DNA of 56,341 nt from a virus (taxonomy: Duplodnaviria > Caudoviricetes), in IMG/VR virus record IMGVR_UViG_3300042453_004839, positions 1-56,341 of that record; one strand, 5' to 3'. A model generated the notes under the pieces. That model saw only the letters and a program-made list of their open reading frames with translations, ran no database searches and had not been told where the DNA came from. This document shows positions 45,711-54,899 of the stretch, piece by piece (position 1 is the first letter of the stretch; each line of letters opens with the position of its first letter). Both the position numbers and the translations under genes were made by a program.

Positions 45711-47497
45711 ACACATACGCAATCGACTTTGAAACTTACTATGACAAGGACATTTCCATCACCACACTTGGACAGTGGCACTATTTGCGCCACGACAAGT
45801 CGGACATCTACATGGTGGCCATCCACGGTCCGGACGTGGACTACGTGGGGAGTCCTAAAAACGCTCCCTGGGCCAAGATCAACGGGCACAGGTGGATTGC
45901 CCACAACTACAGTTTTGACGGCGCGGTGATCGAGAGATTGCGCGAGGCAGGTGAGTTCTTAGCCAGACCTGTTGTCTGGGACTGCACCGCCAATCTTTCG
46001 GTCGCCGTGGGAGCGCCCCGTAACCTTGCAGGGGCCTCCCGTGAACTTCTGGACAGAAAGATCGACAAGGACCCACGCGACAAGATGCACTCCAAAAAAT
46101 GGATCGACGTGGAGAACACCGAGTTTGGAAAGGAAGTTCTGGAGTACGCCAGACAGGACGCGCAGGCTTGCTACCAGATCGACCAGAAGTTCGGCGGAAG
46201 CCTCCTTCCGATGGAACAGGAACTTTCCCGTCACACGATCTCGATGGGTTGGGGCGGCGTTTATGTAGACAAGGATGCCGTTGAAAAAGGCATCAAGATC
46301 CTGGAGCGAAAGACATGGGAATCTGAAAATGCATTGCCCTGGATCGACGAGACTGACGGGGTCGTTCTTTCGACCAAGGCGTTCCGCCGGGAATGTGCCA
46401 AGGCCGGGATTCCGTGGCCCACCTCTATGGCGGAGAACTCCGAGGAGTGCGCTTTGTGGGAAGCCCAGTACGGCGACAAGGTTCCGTTTGTCGGCATCAT
46501 GCGCGACTGGCGGAAAGCCAACTCGCTTCTGGCCAAGATGAAGGTCATGCGCTCCCGCGTGCGACCGGACGGTACGATGGGATACGGACTCAAATACATG
46601 GGCGCCCACACCGGGCGCTGGTCGGGTGACTCCAAATTCAATGTGCAGAATCTTCCCCGCAACGAGATGTTTGGTGTTGATCTACGGGGTTGCATCGTAC
46701 CCCGGCCAGGTAAGAAGTTTGTGATCTGCGATCTGGCCCAGATTGAGCCCAGGGTTCTTGCATGGTTGTGCGAGAACGAAGGACTCCTGGACGCAATTAG
46801 GAACGGTTATGGCATCTATGAGGCCGCGGCCAAGAACATGAATCTCTGGAACGGTGCGAAAGGCACGCTGAAGAAGACCGATGCCCCGCTCTATCAGCTG
46901 GTGAAAGCCATGGTGCTCGGCCTTGGTTATGGCGCGGGAGCCAAGAAGTTCTCGCTCATCGCCAAGATGCAGTACGGGATTGAGATGACGGATTCAAGGG
47001 CCCAGGAGATCGTCAACGATTTTCGCGGACGCAATCCGGGCATCCTCCAGCTGTGGCGCAGACTTGAGAATGATCTTCACCAGGCCAAAGCCGACAAACA
47101 GCTTGAGGTCGGACTTCCAAGCGGCCGTATTCTTACCTACCGCAATATCATGTCGCAATGGCCTGAGAGCCAGAAGTTCGACAAGGACGGTCGGATGCGG
47201 AAGCCGGCGTGGACCGCTAGCGTAGAGCGCGGCGGTCCGCAGATTCCGTTCTACGGAGGGAAGCTTTGCGAGAACCTGGTGCAGGCTGTAGCGCGGGACG
47301 TTATGGGCGCGGCGGTGCTTCGCCTGGAGAAGGCCGGCTGTCCCGTTGTGATGCACATCCACGACGAGGCGGTTTGTGAAGTTGACAAGAACGTTCCGGC
47401 TGGTGAAATTGAAAGGCTCATGAGTGAATCCCCCGAATGGCTGGAAGGTTGTCCGATCGGGGCGGAAGCGGTGGACGCGGAAAGGTACAAGAAATGA
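45707..47497 (+). CDS. polA: DNA polymerase family A with 3'-5' exonuclease
   Basis: IDFET, AHN..FD, HTGRWSG, DLAQIEPR, KAMVLGLGYG, HIHDE. Confidence 0.92.
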   Translation: MNTYAIDFETYYDKDISITTLGQWHYLRHDKSDIYMVAIHGPDVDYVGSPKNAPWAKINGHRWIAHNYSFDGAVIERLREAGEFLARPVVWDCTANLSVAVGAPRNLAGASRELLDRKIDKDPRDKMHSKKWIDVENTEFGKEVLEYARQDAQACYQIDQKFGGSLLPMEQELSRHTISMGWGGVYVDKDAVEKGIKILERKTWESENALPWIDETDGVVLSTKAFRRECAKAGIPWPTSMAENSEECALWEAQYGDKVPFVGIMRDWRKANSLLAKMKVMRSRVRPDGTMGYGLKYMGAHTGRWSGDSKFNVQNLPRNEMFGVDLRGCIVPRPGKKFVICDLAQIEPRVLAWLCENEGLLDAIRNGYGIYEAAAKNMNLWNGAKGTLKKTDAPLYQLVKAMVLGLGYGAGAKKFSLIAKMQYGIEMTDSRAQEIVNDFRGRNPGILQLWRRLENDLHQAKADKQLEVGLPSGRILTYRNIMSQWPESQKFDKDGRMRKPAWTASVERGGPQIPFYGGKLCENLVQAVARDVMGAAVLRLEKAGCPVVMHIHDEAVCEVDKNVPAGEIERLMSESPEWLEGCPIGAEAVDAERYKK

Positions 47498-49626
47498 CGC
47501 TTTTCCGAATCCCTAATTTGTCGTCGGCTGTGGCCGGTCCCTGCACACCGTGGACTGGGAATGTAAACCAGCCCCCGAGCATGAAGCCAGAAGATGCCAA
47601 GAAGTGGTCCACCAGTTCGCAGACGGACGGAATGTTCGTCAGCGGATTCGAGGGCCGGGCACCCTCCATGCGCGTGACCAAGGACAACCCCCCGGCCAAG
47701 ATGCATGCGTTCGTGGTCGACTACGACGCCGAGATTACCGACAGCGAATTCATCGACAGCCTAGCCAACAAGGTCAAGGGCTACAAACCCAACTATGCCC
47801 ACAGGACTCCGAGCGGCGGGGCCCGGGTCATCTGGATGTTTGAGGAGCCGGCGCAGATCCCGGTGGGTCTGCTGGAGCCTTTCATCAAACGGATGGCCAA
47901 GGAACTGGGGATCAAAAAGATCTTCCCCGGTCTGGACGATAACTACCTACGTCCGGAGCAATACTACGCGTGGTACGAACCCATCACCAAGGTTAGCGAC
48001 AAGCCGATCCGGTCGGAAACGATCTTCAGCTGGCTCGCCACGACGATTGACTCTTCAACCAAGTACCGCGGAGAAGGTCCGGTCGAGATTCCGATGGACC
48101 GGGTCCGTTCGCGTGTCGAGGAAATGTTCCCAGGGCGATTGATCGGAAAGCTTGAGGTCAACTCCAGGACCAATGCGTTCTGGTCGCCGACCTCGGACAA
48201 TCCGACGTCCTGCGTGGTCACCCCGACCGGCATGGTCAGCTTCTCCCAGGAGAAGAGCTTCTACAGCTGGGCCGACATCCTCGGGGCCGGCTGGGTCAAG
48301 GAGTTTGAGGAAGACCGCCTGGGCGCTCCGCTGTCCAACTACTATTATGACGGCAAGAAGTACTGGCGGCGTGACGGCACAGGCGTGTGGCGTGATGCTG
48401 AATCCGACACGGCCAAGAAAGACATCGCCAGCATCTACGGACTGTCGCTTGCCCCGATGCAACGGGGTGGACAGTGCGAGGTTGACCAGACGATGTTCCG
48501 CATCCGAGAAACACGGCGGGTCGACGAAGCTGGTCCTATCCTTTTCAACAAGGAGGAGATCGTCCACCTGGGCGGCAAGAACATCCTGAACGTCTCACGC
48601 GTCAAGGTTCTCGAGCCCCGCTCGGAACCCTGCATTAAGTGGGGCGACGGATTCCCATGGATGGCGCAATTCCTGGAGGGGTTCTTTGACCCGTCCGATT
48701 CGCTCCAGTACTTCCTGGCGTGGCTCCATCACTTCTACACCTCGGCCCGTGCCGGCAAGCAGTCCCAAGGCCAGGCGATCTTTATCGCCGGTCCGGTGGG
48801 CGTAGGTAAGACTCTCCTGGGCACCCAGGTTGTCTCCCGCTTGCTGGGCGGAGGTTGCGACGCCTCGGGTCACATCTCCGGCGAAAGCGAGTTCAACTCG
48901 GAGATGTTCGAGGTGGGCGTGCTTAACGTGGACGACACGATCGCCTCGACCAGCCATGAGAAACACCTACTCTTCTCCAACACGGTCAAGAAGTTTGTCG
49001 CCAACCGGCGGCATCGCTACCGAGCCATGTGGAAGAATCCCTCGACCATCGAGTGGAGCGGGCGCGTGTTTGTCACCCTCAACGACGATCCCGATTCAAT
49101 GCGGGCGGTTCCATACACCGACGCGAGCATCCTGGACAAGCTGATGCTTTTCAAGGCGTCGTCGCGTGGGATGAGATTCCCCGCGGCCAAGGAACTCCAA
49201 CGCATCCTGGACGGCGAGCTTCCGGCGTTTGCCCGCTGGCTTGTCGACATGGAGATCGACGACGAACTCAAAAGCTCCAGCCGGTTCGAGGTCAAGTGCT
49301 ACCACCACCCCGACATCCTGGAAGACACCCGGACCACGCACCCCAACCACGCGTTCTCCGAGCTTCTGGATGAATTTTTGGCCAGCTTCAAGCTGTCCAA
49401 TCCCAAGGAGATCGTCTGGAAGGGATCTGCCACGCAGCTTCTGACCCAGATGCTCAACGATCCGGGTCTGGAGAAACTCACCCGCCACTATGCGGCTACG
49501 CCCGAGAAGATGGGCCAGCGGTTGGCAAAGCTGATGACCACAAAGAGCATCGAGCGGGTGACCCTGCACGGCAAGGTGACGTGGAAAATTCCTGTTGACG
49601 ACGGCCAGGGGGCCTTGGCAACATGA
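47494..49626 (+). CDS. Primase-polymerase/SF3 helicase (NrS-1-like)
   Basis: N-terminal VVDYD and RTPSGG; C-terminal GPVGVGKT with an NrS-1-type helicase region; ATG 47494 overlaps the polA stop. Confidence 0.75.
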   Translation: MTLFRIPNLSSAVAGPCTPWTGNVNQPPSMKPEDAKKWSTSSQTDGMFVSGFEGRAPSMRVTKDNPPAKMHAFVVDYDAEITDSEFIDSLANKVKGYKPNYAHRTPSGGARVIWMFEEPAQIPVGLLEPFIKRMAKELGIKKIFPGLDDNYLRPEQYYAWYEPITKVSDKPIRSETIFSWLATTIDSSTKYRGEGPVEIPMDRVRSRVEEMFPGRLIGKLEVNSRTNAFWSPTSDNPTSCVVTPTGMVSFSQEKSFYSWADILGAGWVKEFEEDRLGAPLSNYYYDGKKYWRRDGTGVWRDAESDTAKKDIASIYGLSLAPMQRGGQCEVDQTMFRIRETRRVDEAGPILFNKEEIVHLGGKNILNVSRVKVLEPRSEPCIKWGDGFPWMAQFLEGFFDPSDSLQYFLAWLHHFYTSARAGKQSQGQAIFIAGPVGVGKTLLGTQVVSRLLGGGCDASGHISGESEFNSEMFEVGVLNVDDTIASTSHEKHLLFSNTVKKFVANRRHRYRAMWKNPSTIEWSGRVFVTLNDDPDSMRAVPYTDASILDKLMLFKASSRGMRFPAAKELQRILDGELPAFARWLVDMEIDDELKSSSRFEVKCYHHPDILEDTRTTHPNHAFSELLDEFLASFKLSNPKEIVWKGSATQLLTQMLNDPGLEKLTRHYAATPEKMGQRLAKLMTTKSIERVTLHGKVTWKIPVDDGQGALAT

Positions 49627-49632
49627 TCCCAC

Positions 49633-50127
49633 GTGGAAACGAATGCCAAGAAGTCTTTCGACCAGCTGGTTGAATCCTACCGGGAACATCTTTCCCGCGG
49701 GGTCTCCAATCCTGATCTCGAACTAAAGCAATCATCCATCCCGGATGCCGGGCTGGGTGTGTTTGCCAAGCGCGACTTCTCGGAGTTCGACATCGTCGAG
49801 TTCTGCCACTGCGTGATTTTGGACTGGCGCAGGAAGTATGTGCGCGACCCCAGGATCGAGCAGTACGCCTATTCGCCCAAGTGCGAGTGCGAGGAGTGCA
49901 AGAAGCACGGCGCCCACATCGTTTTGCCCATGGGTTTTGGCATGGCCTACAACTCGGCCGAGTCCATGGAAGCCTCCAATTGCAGTTTTGCCATCGTGCC
50001 GGGACACCGGATGATGGCCTTCATCGCCAGAAAGCCCATCAAGGCGGGTGATGAAATCGTGACGTGGTGGGGTCAGGCGTATTTCGACAAGTGGTGCAAG
50101 AGGAAAGATGAGCCAGCGGCCCAATGA
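49633..50127 (+). CDS. SET-domain protein
   Basis: SSIPDAGLGVFAKRD, G.GMAYNS, SNC, FIARKPIKAGDEI. Confidence 0.85.
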   Translation: METNAKKSFDQLVESYREHLSRGVSNPDLELKQSSIPDAGLGVFAKRDFSEFDIVEFCHCVILDWRRKYVRDPRIEQYAYSPKCECEECKKHGAHIVLPMGFGMAYNSAESMEASNCSFAIVPGHRMMAFIARKPIKAGDEIVTWWGQAYFDKWCKRKDEPAAQ

Positions 50128-50537
50128 GAAAACTAATCCTGGCGGGAATCCTGGGTCTACTGGCCCAGGTTCACGCGGCCAACATCCTAATCGAGCCCGA
50201 TCCGACCAAAAAGCCGGCCAAAAAGATCAAGGTAAGGGTCACGGCGTACTGGCCGGGGCAGGATTACTGGACAAGCCGGTTCAAGTCCAGCACGGGCTAT
50301 ACCCTCAAGTGCGGCAAGTCGTGCGCGGTGGACCCAAGGCTCATCCCGTACGGCAGCACGGTCGTCGTCGCCGGAAGGGAATTCCGGGCTATCGACACGG
50401 GCACGGCGGTCAAGAGCCGCAAGGCAAGCCGGGGGAAGTACCCTGTTGTCGACCTTTTCTTTGCAAGCGAGAAGAAGGCCATGCGGGAGCTGGCCACCCT
50501 GCCCAAATACGCCTGGGTCGAGGTGAAACCGAAATGA
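50124..50537 (+). CDS. Exported 3D-domain (MltA-like) protein
   Basis: Signal peptide; VTAY, AVDPRLIPYGS, AIDTG, VVDLF (three Asp motifs). Confidence 0.85.
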   Translation: MRKLILAGILGLLAQVHAANILIEPDPTKKPAKKIKVRVTAYWPGQDYWTSRFKSSTGYTLKCGKSCAVDPRLIPYGSTVVVAGREFRAIDTGTAVKSRKASRGKYPVVDLFFASEKKAMRELATLPKYAWVEVKPK

Positions 50538-50746
50538 AAAAGGAACAAACCCTCGGGGAGATACGCATTCTCTCCGAGAAAAACGTGCCATACGTCGAAC
50601 TCAAACTCGACATGGACGACGAGACCATCAACCGGCTGGCCCAGGCCGGGTGGATCGAGATCCAGCACGACAAAGAAGCCCTGGTAGCCTACGCGTTTAC
50701 CAAGGCCCTCCAGGAGTTTGTTTCCAATGCCAAACGAGCTCGCTGA
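50534..50746 (+). CDS. Hypothetical protein (70 aa)
   Basis: MKKEQTLGEIRIL... from ATG 50534 (ATGA overlap, GAGG RBS); 3' part of track ORF 50108. Confidence 0.65.
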   Translation: MKKEQTLGEIRILSEKNVPYVELKLDMDDETINRLAQAGWIEIQHDKEALVAYAFTKALQEFVSNAKRAR

Positions 50747-51433
50747 ATGTCTTTTCTTTTCAATCGCCGCGCTTCTTGGCGCCGCCATCTGCATCTTTCT
50801 TACCGGTCTGTCCTGGGCCTCGTACTGCTGGCTACGCAAGTTCTGGTATCGCCTCTTCTAGGCCAGCAACCCGATTTTTACCGCCTCCAGGCGCTTTCCG
50901 CACTCGCCTCAACGAGAATTATTTCGGATACCTCGATAGGCATGGGGGTCGTCATCGGTGACGGCACAACCGTGGCTACCTGCGCCCACGTGGTTGGGGA
51001 TCAAAAGAAGGTCACGGTAAAGTCCGGTTTGGGAACCATGGAGGGTACGGTACTGGCCATCGACAAGGCCCAGGACGTGGCCATCCTTTCAGTGCCTGTC
51101 AGGCACATTGCCCTCAAGATCCGCTTCTCAAGCGACCTGATGCCCCCAAATTCGTTCGTAATGGCCGCAGGAATGGGGGATGACGTCATGGACATGGATA
51201 TGAGGCCGGGAGAGGTCCTAGCCAAGTTTATAGGCCCTTACCCCAACTACATCATGAGCTGCCTACCCAAACCTGGTTACTCCGGAGGGCCTGTCCTGGA
51301 TAGCAAGGGATACCTGGTGGGATTGATACAAGGCTTCGCATACCTGGATAGCAGGGAAGGCATGAACGTTATCCCTGCATACAAGATCTATAAATTAGCC
51401 CAACGGGAACTCAAAGACCTGGAAATCAAGTAG
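50747..51433 (+). CDS. Trypsin-like S1 serine protease
   Basis: TCAHVV (His), QDVAIL (Asp), PGYSGGPV (Ser); hydrophobic N-terminal segment. Confidence 0.85.
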   Translation: MSFLFNRRASWRRHLHLSYRSVLGLVLLATQVLVSPLLGQQPDFYRLQALSALASTRIISDTSIGMGVVIGDGTTVATCAHVVGDQKKVTVKSGLGTMEGTVLAIDKAQDVAILSVPVRHIALKIRFSSDLMPPNSFVMAAGMGDDVMDMDMRPGEVLAKFIGPYPNYIMSCLPKPGYSGGPVLDSKGYLVGLIQGFAYLDSREGMNVIPAYKIYKLAQRELKDLEIK

Positions 51434-51437
51434 TCTT

Positions 51438-51790
51438 GGGTACCCCCACCCAATGCATATTGTGTAAGTAATTGGGAGACAAAGATTCGTAGAATCTAGG
51501 GTTGGGGGGTGGGGGGTGGTAGGGGTGTTTTGAACTTCGTTGCCGTGCGGCCGTTGCGTTTTTGCGTGTTTTTTGTTTGTGCGTGGGGTAACGAGTTGAA
51601 ATACCCCCACCCACCCCCACCCCTCCCACCCACCTCTCTTATTATATATTATATATATTTAAAAATAAAAGAGATACAGAGGTAGGACCCCTTGCTTAGG
51701 GGGGTGGGGGGTGCTTCGATTTGGGTGGGGGTATACCCCCACCCTGCGACAGATTGGAATACCCACTTGAGGGTATACTACCCACTAGTA
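51438..51790. repeat. G/C-tract iteron region, candidate replication origin
   Basis: TACCCCCACCC copies in both orientations, a 22-bp perfect palindrome at 51723-51744, and an AT-only tract at ~51639-51670. Confidence 0.55.
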
Positions 51791-51851
51791 AGTAGACTTT
51801 GTAGAGACTGCCACCATTTATAGCTAAGCAAATAATAACCTAGTTGTATAC

Positions 51852-51934
51852 TGGGAAGGGCTGGATTCGAACCAGCGAAGGCGTAAGCCAAGAGATTTAC
51901 AGTCTCCCCCGTTTGACCGCTTCGGTACCTTCCC
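51852..51934 (-). tRNA. trnY: tRNA-Tyr (GTA)
   Basis: Acceptor GGGAAGG/CCTTCCC+A; anticodon arm GGAGA-CTGTAAA-TCTCT; long variable arm; GGTTCGAATCC T-arm; CCA not encoded. Confidence 0.95.
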
Positions 51935-51943
51935 GAGCCGGTT

Positions 51944-52633
51944 TTAGTAGATTAGGAAGAACGACGGAGCTGACGTCGCGGTAATCGCGGACACGGTGCT
52001 GGCAGACAGGCTGCTGGGTAGAGAGGTGATGCCAGTAATCCCCAAAGAAGAGGTTAGGGAATAAGTACCAGCGGGTGTCCCCGAGCTAAGGCTACCTAGT
52101 ACTCCTTGATTATATACTGCAAAAGAACCAGAGTTCGACACCGTTCCCGCTGTATTGACCGCACAAACCAAATACCATCCCCTTTGAAGTTCACCGCTGG
52201 TGAGCGTTAGAGTCACTGTTTTGGACCCCGGGGTGGTTGTAGTGGTATAGCTACTTTCAGCGACAAGGGTTCCGGAAGAGACGCCTTCGCTAACCGAGTA
52301 CAGTCCGACTAATCCCTCCCCGCCCGAGCCACTCAAAGCGTTCGAGATGGCGCTAATTGACGAAGCCGAAATGTTCGAAGCAATGAAGTACGGAATCAGG
52401 CTCATGTTTCCGTTGGTGAAATTATTGCTGGCGGGTGCAGAGGTGGGCTGAACCAGAGCCGGATATCGAATACGAGTGGTCCCGCTGGATTCCCGAGGGA
52501 ACGCGTAGGAGTTGGAGGGATCGATGTCCTCGATGTTGAGGTCGTTAATAATGCTGTTATTAAAAACCTGTTTGATTTGTGCCGCCAAAACCCGGTCAGG
52601 GGTTGCCACTGAAATCGAAAAGTCGTCAGCCAT
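51944..52633 (-). CDS. Ser/Thr-rich virion-like protein
   Basis: 229 aa, beta-rich; has its own promoter; directly upstream of the tRNA. Confidence 0.7.
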   Translation of the reverse strand: MADDFSISVATPDRVLAAQIKQVFNNSIINDLNIEDIDPSNSYAFPRESSGTTRIRYPALVQPTSAPASNNFTNGNMSLIPYFIASNISASSISAISNALSGSGGEGLVGLYSVSEGVSSGTLVAESSYTTTTTPGSKTVTLTLTSGELQRGWYLVCAVNTAGTVSNSGSFAVYNQGVLGSLSSGTPAGTYSLTSSLGITGITSLPSSLSASTVSAITATSAPSFFLIY

Positions 52634-52639
52634 GGACCT

Positions 52640-52667
52640 ATGCTATTTTGTTTCCGAGGAATGTCAA
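52640..52667 (-). promoter_or_regulatory. sigma70-like promoter, leaderless spacing
   Basis: TTGACA-16-TAGCAT-6-ATG(52633); upstream TGA inside the -35 box. Confidence 0.7.
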
Positions 52668-53383
52668 CTATTTCCAGCGCCTTTTCTTTTCAAAAATTCC
52701 CCCATGACATACGCTTTTCCCGCCATGGTGTTTGGCGGTCCGGTGAAGTGGTACAAATACTTGGCTGGGTCGTAGGGCATGATCGCCGCCTGTAGCTGGG
52801 TGACCGGTGTGATGTCATGGCATTTGGAGAAATCAAAGTCCACTCTTCGGCTGATGGCATAGTTAAACGAGGACTGTTCCAGCCGGGCATCCACCCCCAT
52901 GCTCGACCCCCATTGGACCCATCGATGCCACAGCCCTCGAATCTCTTCCAAAAAGCCAATGTCCTTAAAACAAAAAGTCCCGGCATTCATGCCCAAGACC
53001 TTTTCCATTTTCAGCTTGTCCTCCCGCGGGGCTTTGTCGTAGGCGTACCACCGGTCGATCATTTCCCGTCCCTCGAATACCACCGAGAATTCCTTGTCCG
53101 GATGAATCAATGATTTTGGGTTGCCAAAGCAGAACACGTCGGAGTCCAGGTAAACATACTGGTCATAGCCCTTTGGGACCATCTCCGAGGATTTGAGGAA
53201 CCCAGGGTAACCTTTAGGTAGCGGGGCCACGATGATGTTGTGCTTGAACTTACCGGTGATTGTCTTGGTCGCCACTACACAAAAGTCGGTATCCGAGTCC
53301 AGGGTCATGCTGTCGTAAAGCATGTTGATGCAACTGTCCGACCCGGGCGAGAAGTCCGATACCGTGTAAACCAGAGTCTTCAA
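52664..53383 (-). CDS. Glycosyltransferase (GT8-like, GT-A fold)
   Basis: YVYLDSD (DxD), MNAG, EQSSFN, YHFTG. Confidence 0.75.
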   Translation of the reverse strand: MKTLVYTVSDFSPGSDSCINMLYDSMTLDSDTDFCVVATKTITGKFKHNIIVAPLPKGYPGFLKSSEMVPKGYDQYVYLDSDVFCFGNPKSLIHPDKEFSVVFEGREMIDRWYAYDKAPREDKLKMEKVLGMNAGTFCFKDIGFLEEIRGLWHRWVQWGSSMGVDARLEQSSFNYAISRRVDFDFSKCHDITPVTQLQAAIMPYDPAKYLYHFTGPPNTMAGKAYVMGEFLKRKGAGNS

Positions 53384-53390
53384 GCCGCCG

Positions 53391-53433
53391 ATTATAAATT
53401 TTCCTTGCCAGGGGTCAATTGAATTGAGACACT
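53391..53433. promoter_or_regulatory. Interlocked divergent promoters
   Basis: TTGCCA-GG-GGTCAA at 53405-53418. Minus strand: TTGACC-16-TATAAT-7-TTG(53383). Plus strand: TTGCCA-17-GACACT-10-ATG(53444). Confidence 0.65.
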
Positions 53434-53443
53434 GACCTTACGC

Positions 53444-54037
53444 ATGACATACGCAGCAAATCTTCCCCAGCATCAATATTGCTGGGTCGACAGATCAATC
53501 ATGAGTAACGGTGAGGTGAAAGGCTGGGAGGAAGGCGTTTGGTTCGGCCTGCTCTCCACTCCGCACCGCGCATGGGGTTGCTCGGTGATGCTCAAGTGCG
53601 GGGCCCTGTACCGCGGGCTCCCACTCCATGCCCTTTGCCACAACCGTGTGGGTTTTGACGTCAAATGGGAAATTGGAGACGCCCAGCGCTGGGATTGCTT
53701 TGGTTACAACTTCTCTCCGATCCGTTACGACTACCTCCGGGAACTCGATGTCGATGTGTGGGTCGCCAGGCGGCAAAATTGGGTTTCGGGTCATTACGTG
53801 TTTACGGCGGAGCCTTATGAAGACTCCTACTCTTTGGAGCCGAGTCAAACCAAGTCCCACAACTTTATTGCCCTGGAAAACGGCCGGTACGCCTGCGTTC
53901 CGAACAACAACATCCTTTGGAAAGAGTCGAGCTTCGTCAAATCGCAAGGCAGGCCAAGCTGGTTGCGGGTGCAGTCGGAAACCTGGCACGCCGAGGAACC
54001 AGGGTTTGACAAGGTGGTGACGGAGGAATCAGCATGA
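53444..54037 (+). CDS. Hypothetical phage protein
   Basis: 197 aa, Trp-rich globular sequence. Confidence 0.75.
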   Translation: MTYAANLPQHQYCWVDRSIMSNGEVKGWEEGVWFGLLSTPHRAWGCSVMLKCGALYRGLPLHALCHNRVGFDVKWEIGDAQRWDCFGYNFSPIRYDYLRELDVDVWVARRQNWVSGHYVFTAEPYEDSYSLEPSQTKSHNFIALENGRYACVPNNNILWKESSFVKSQGRPSWLRVQSETWHAEEPGFDKVVTEESA

Positions 54038-54228
54038 GAACGATCGACTTCACCGTGAACATATTCGGGTGGGTATTCTCGCTTTATCTGGACGTTTACC
54101 CGGCTGTCCGGCGGGAGCACAAGACCGGATACGGTTCGACCTCCAACTTCGGCAAATGGAAGACCGCTCCGCTCGGAGCCCCGGTCAATCCATACAACCC
54201 AACCAAAAGAAAGAAGCGACGCAAATGA
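54034..54228 (+). CDS. Small hypothetical protein
   Basis: GGAGG RBS, ATGA overlaps. Confidence 0.55.
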   Translation: MRTIDFTVNIFGWVFSLYLDVYPAVRREHKTGYGSTSNFGKWKTAPLGAPVNPYNPTKRKKRRK

Positions 54229-54899
54229 GAAAGATCATGATCGGAACCCCGTGCTACGGCGGGATGGTTACCGCGGAGTACGCCAACTCCCTCGCCGGCT
54301 CGGTCCTGTTCTTCCAGGAAAACAAACTCGACCTACGCCCGCTTTTGGCGGCAAACCATTCGGTCATCCAGATGGCCCGCAACCTTGTCCTCCACGAAGC
54401 CTTGAAGTATGAGATCGACGACCTGGTGTGGATCGATGCCGACATCGAGTGGGACCCGACCGACCTGCTCCGGCTCTGCCTGTTTGAGGAGGACGTTGTC
54501 GGCGGCACCTACCGCAAGAAAGACCCCGACACCACCCACTTCACGGTCGAGATGATCCGGGGTAAGGAAGAGCCCGACTCCCGCGGCCTGATCGAGGTCT
54601 CACGCCTGGGCACCGGGTTCCTTCGGGTGACCCGCAAGGCCCTTTTGGCCGTGGCCAACAGTTGCGTCGAATATGACGACAAGGGCCGGCACATCAAGAA
54701 CGTCTTTGAGATTGGCATGAAGGACGGCCAGTTCCTTTCGGAGGACTATTGGTTTTGCGAGAAGCTGAAAGCCGCCGGCTTCAAGATCATGCTGGACACA
54801 AACACCAGCCTGGTTCACCACGGTGGGTACGGTTTCAAGGGCGAGTTCAAACATTTCCTTTGGTGGCTCAAACAAAATGGTCAAGACAAAATGGCTTGA
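54225..54899 (+). CDS. Glycosyltransferase (GT2-like, GT-A fold)
   Basis: IGTPCYGG, ARN, WIDAD, GTGF, SEDYWFC; start at ATG 54225. Confidence 0.8.
   Translation: MRKIMIGTPCYGGMVTAEYANSLAGSVLFFQENKLDLRPLLAANHSVIQMARNLVLHEALKYEIDDLVWIDADIEWDPTDLLRLCLFEEDVVGGTYRKKDPDTTHFTVEMIRGKEEPDSRGLIEVSRLGTGFLRVTRKALLAVANSCVEYDDKGRHIKNVFEIGMKDGQFLSEDYWFCEKLKAAGFKIMLDTNTSLVHHGGYGFKGEFKHFLWWLKQNGQDKMA

Noticed and set aside
44073-47497. Z-base (2-aminoadenine) DNA system
   Set aside because: No purZ-like gene in the window; the DUF5664-like call is itself weak.
50108-50533. 5' part of the 212-aa track ORF
   Set aside because: Overlaps the clear 3D-domain gene; the real start is probably ATG 50534.
51395-51629. 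Short ORFs in the G/C-tract region
   Set aside because: Low-complexity translations of the repeats; no RBS or promoter support.
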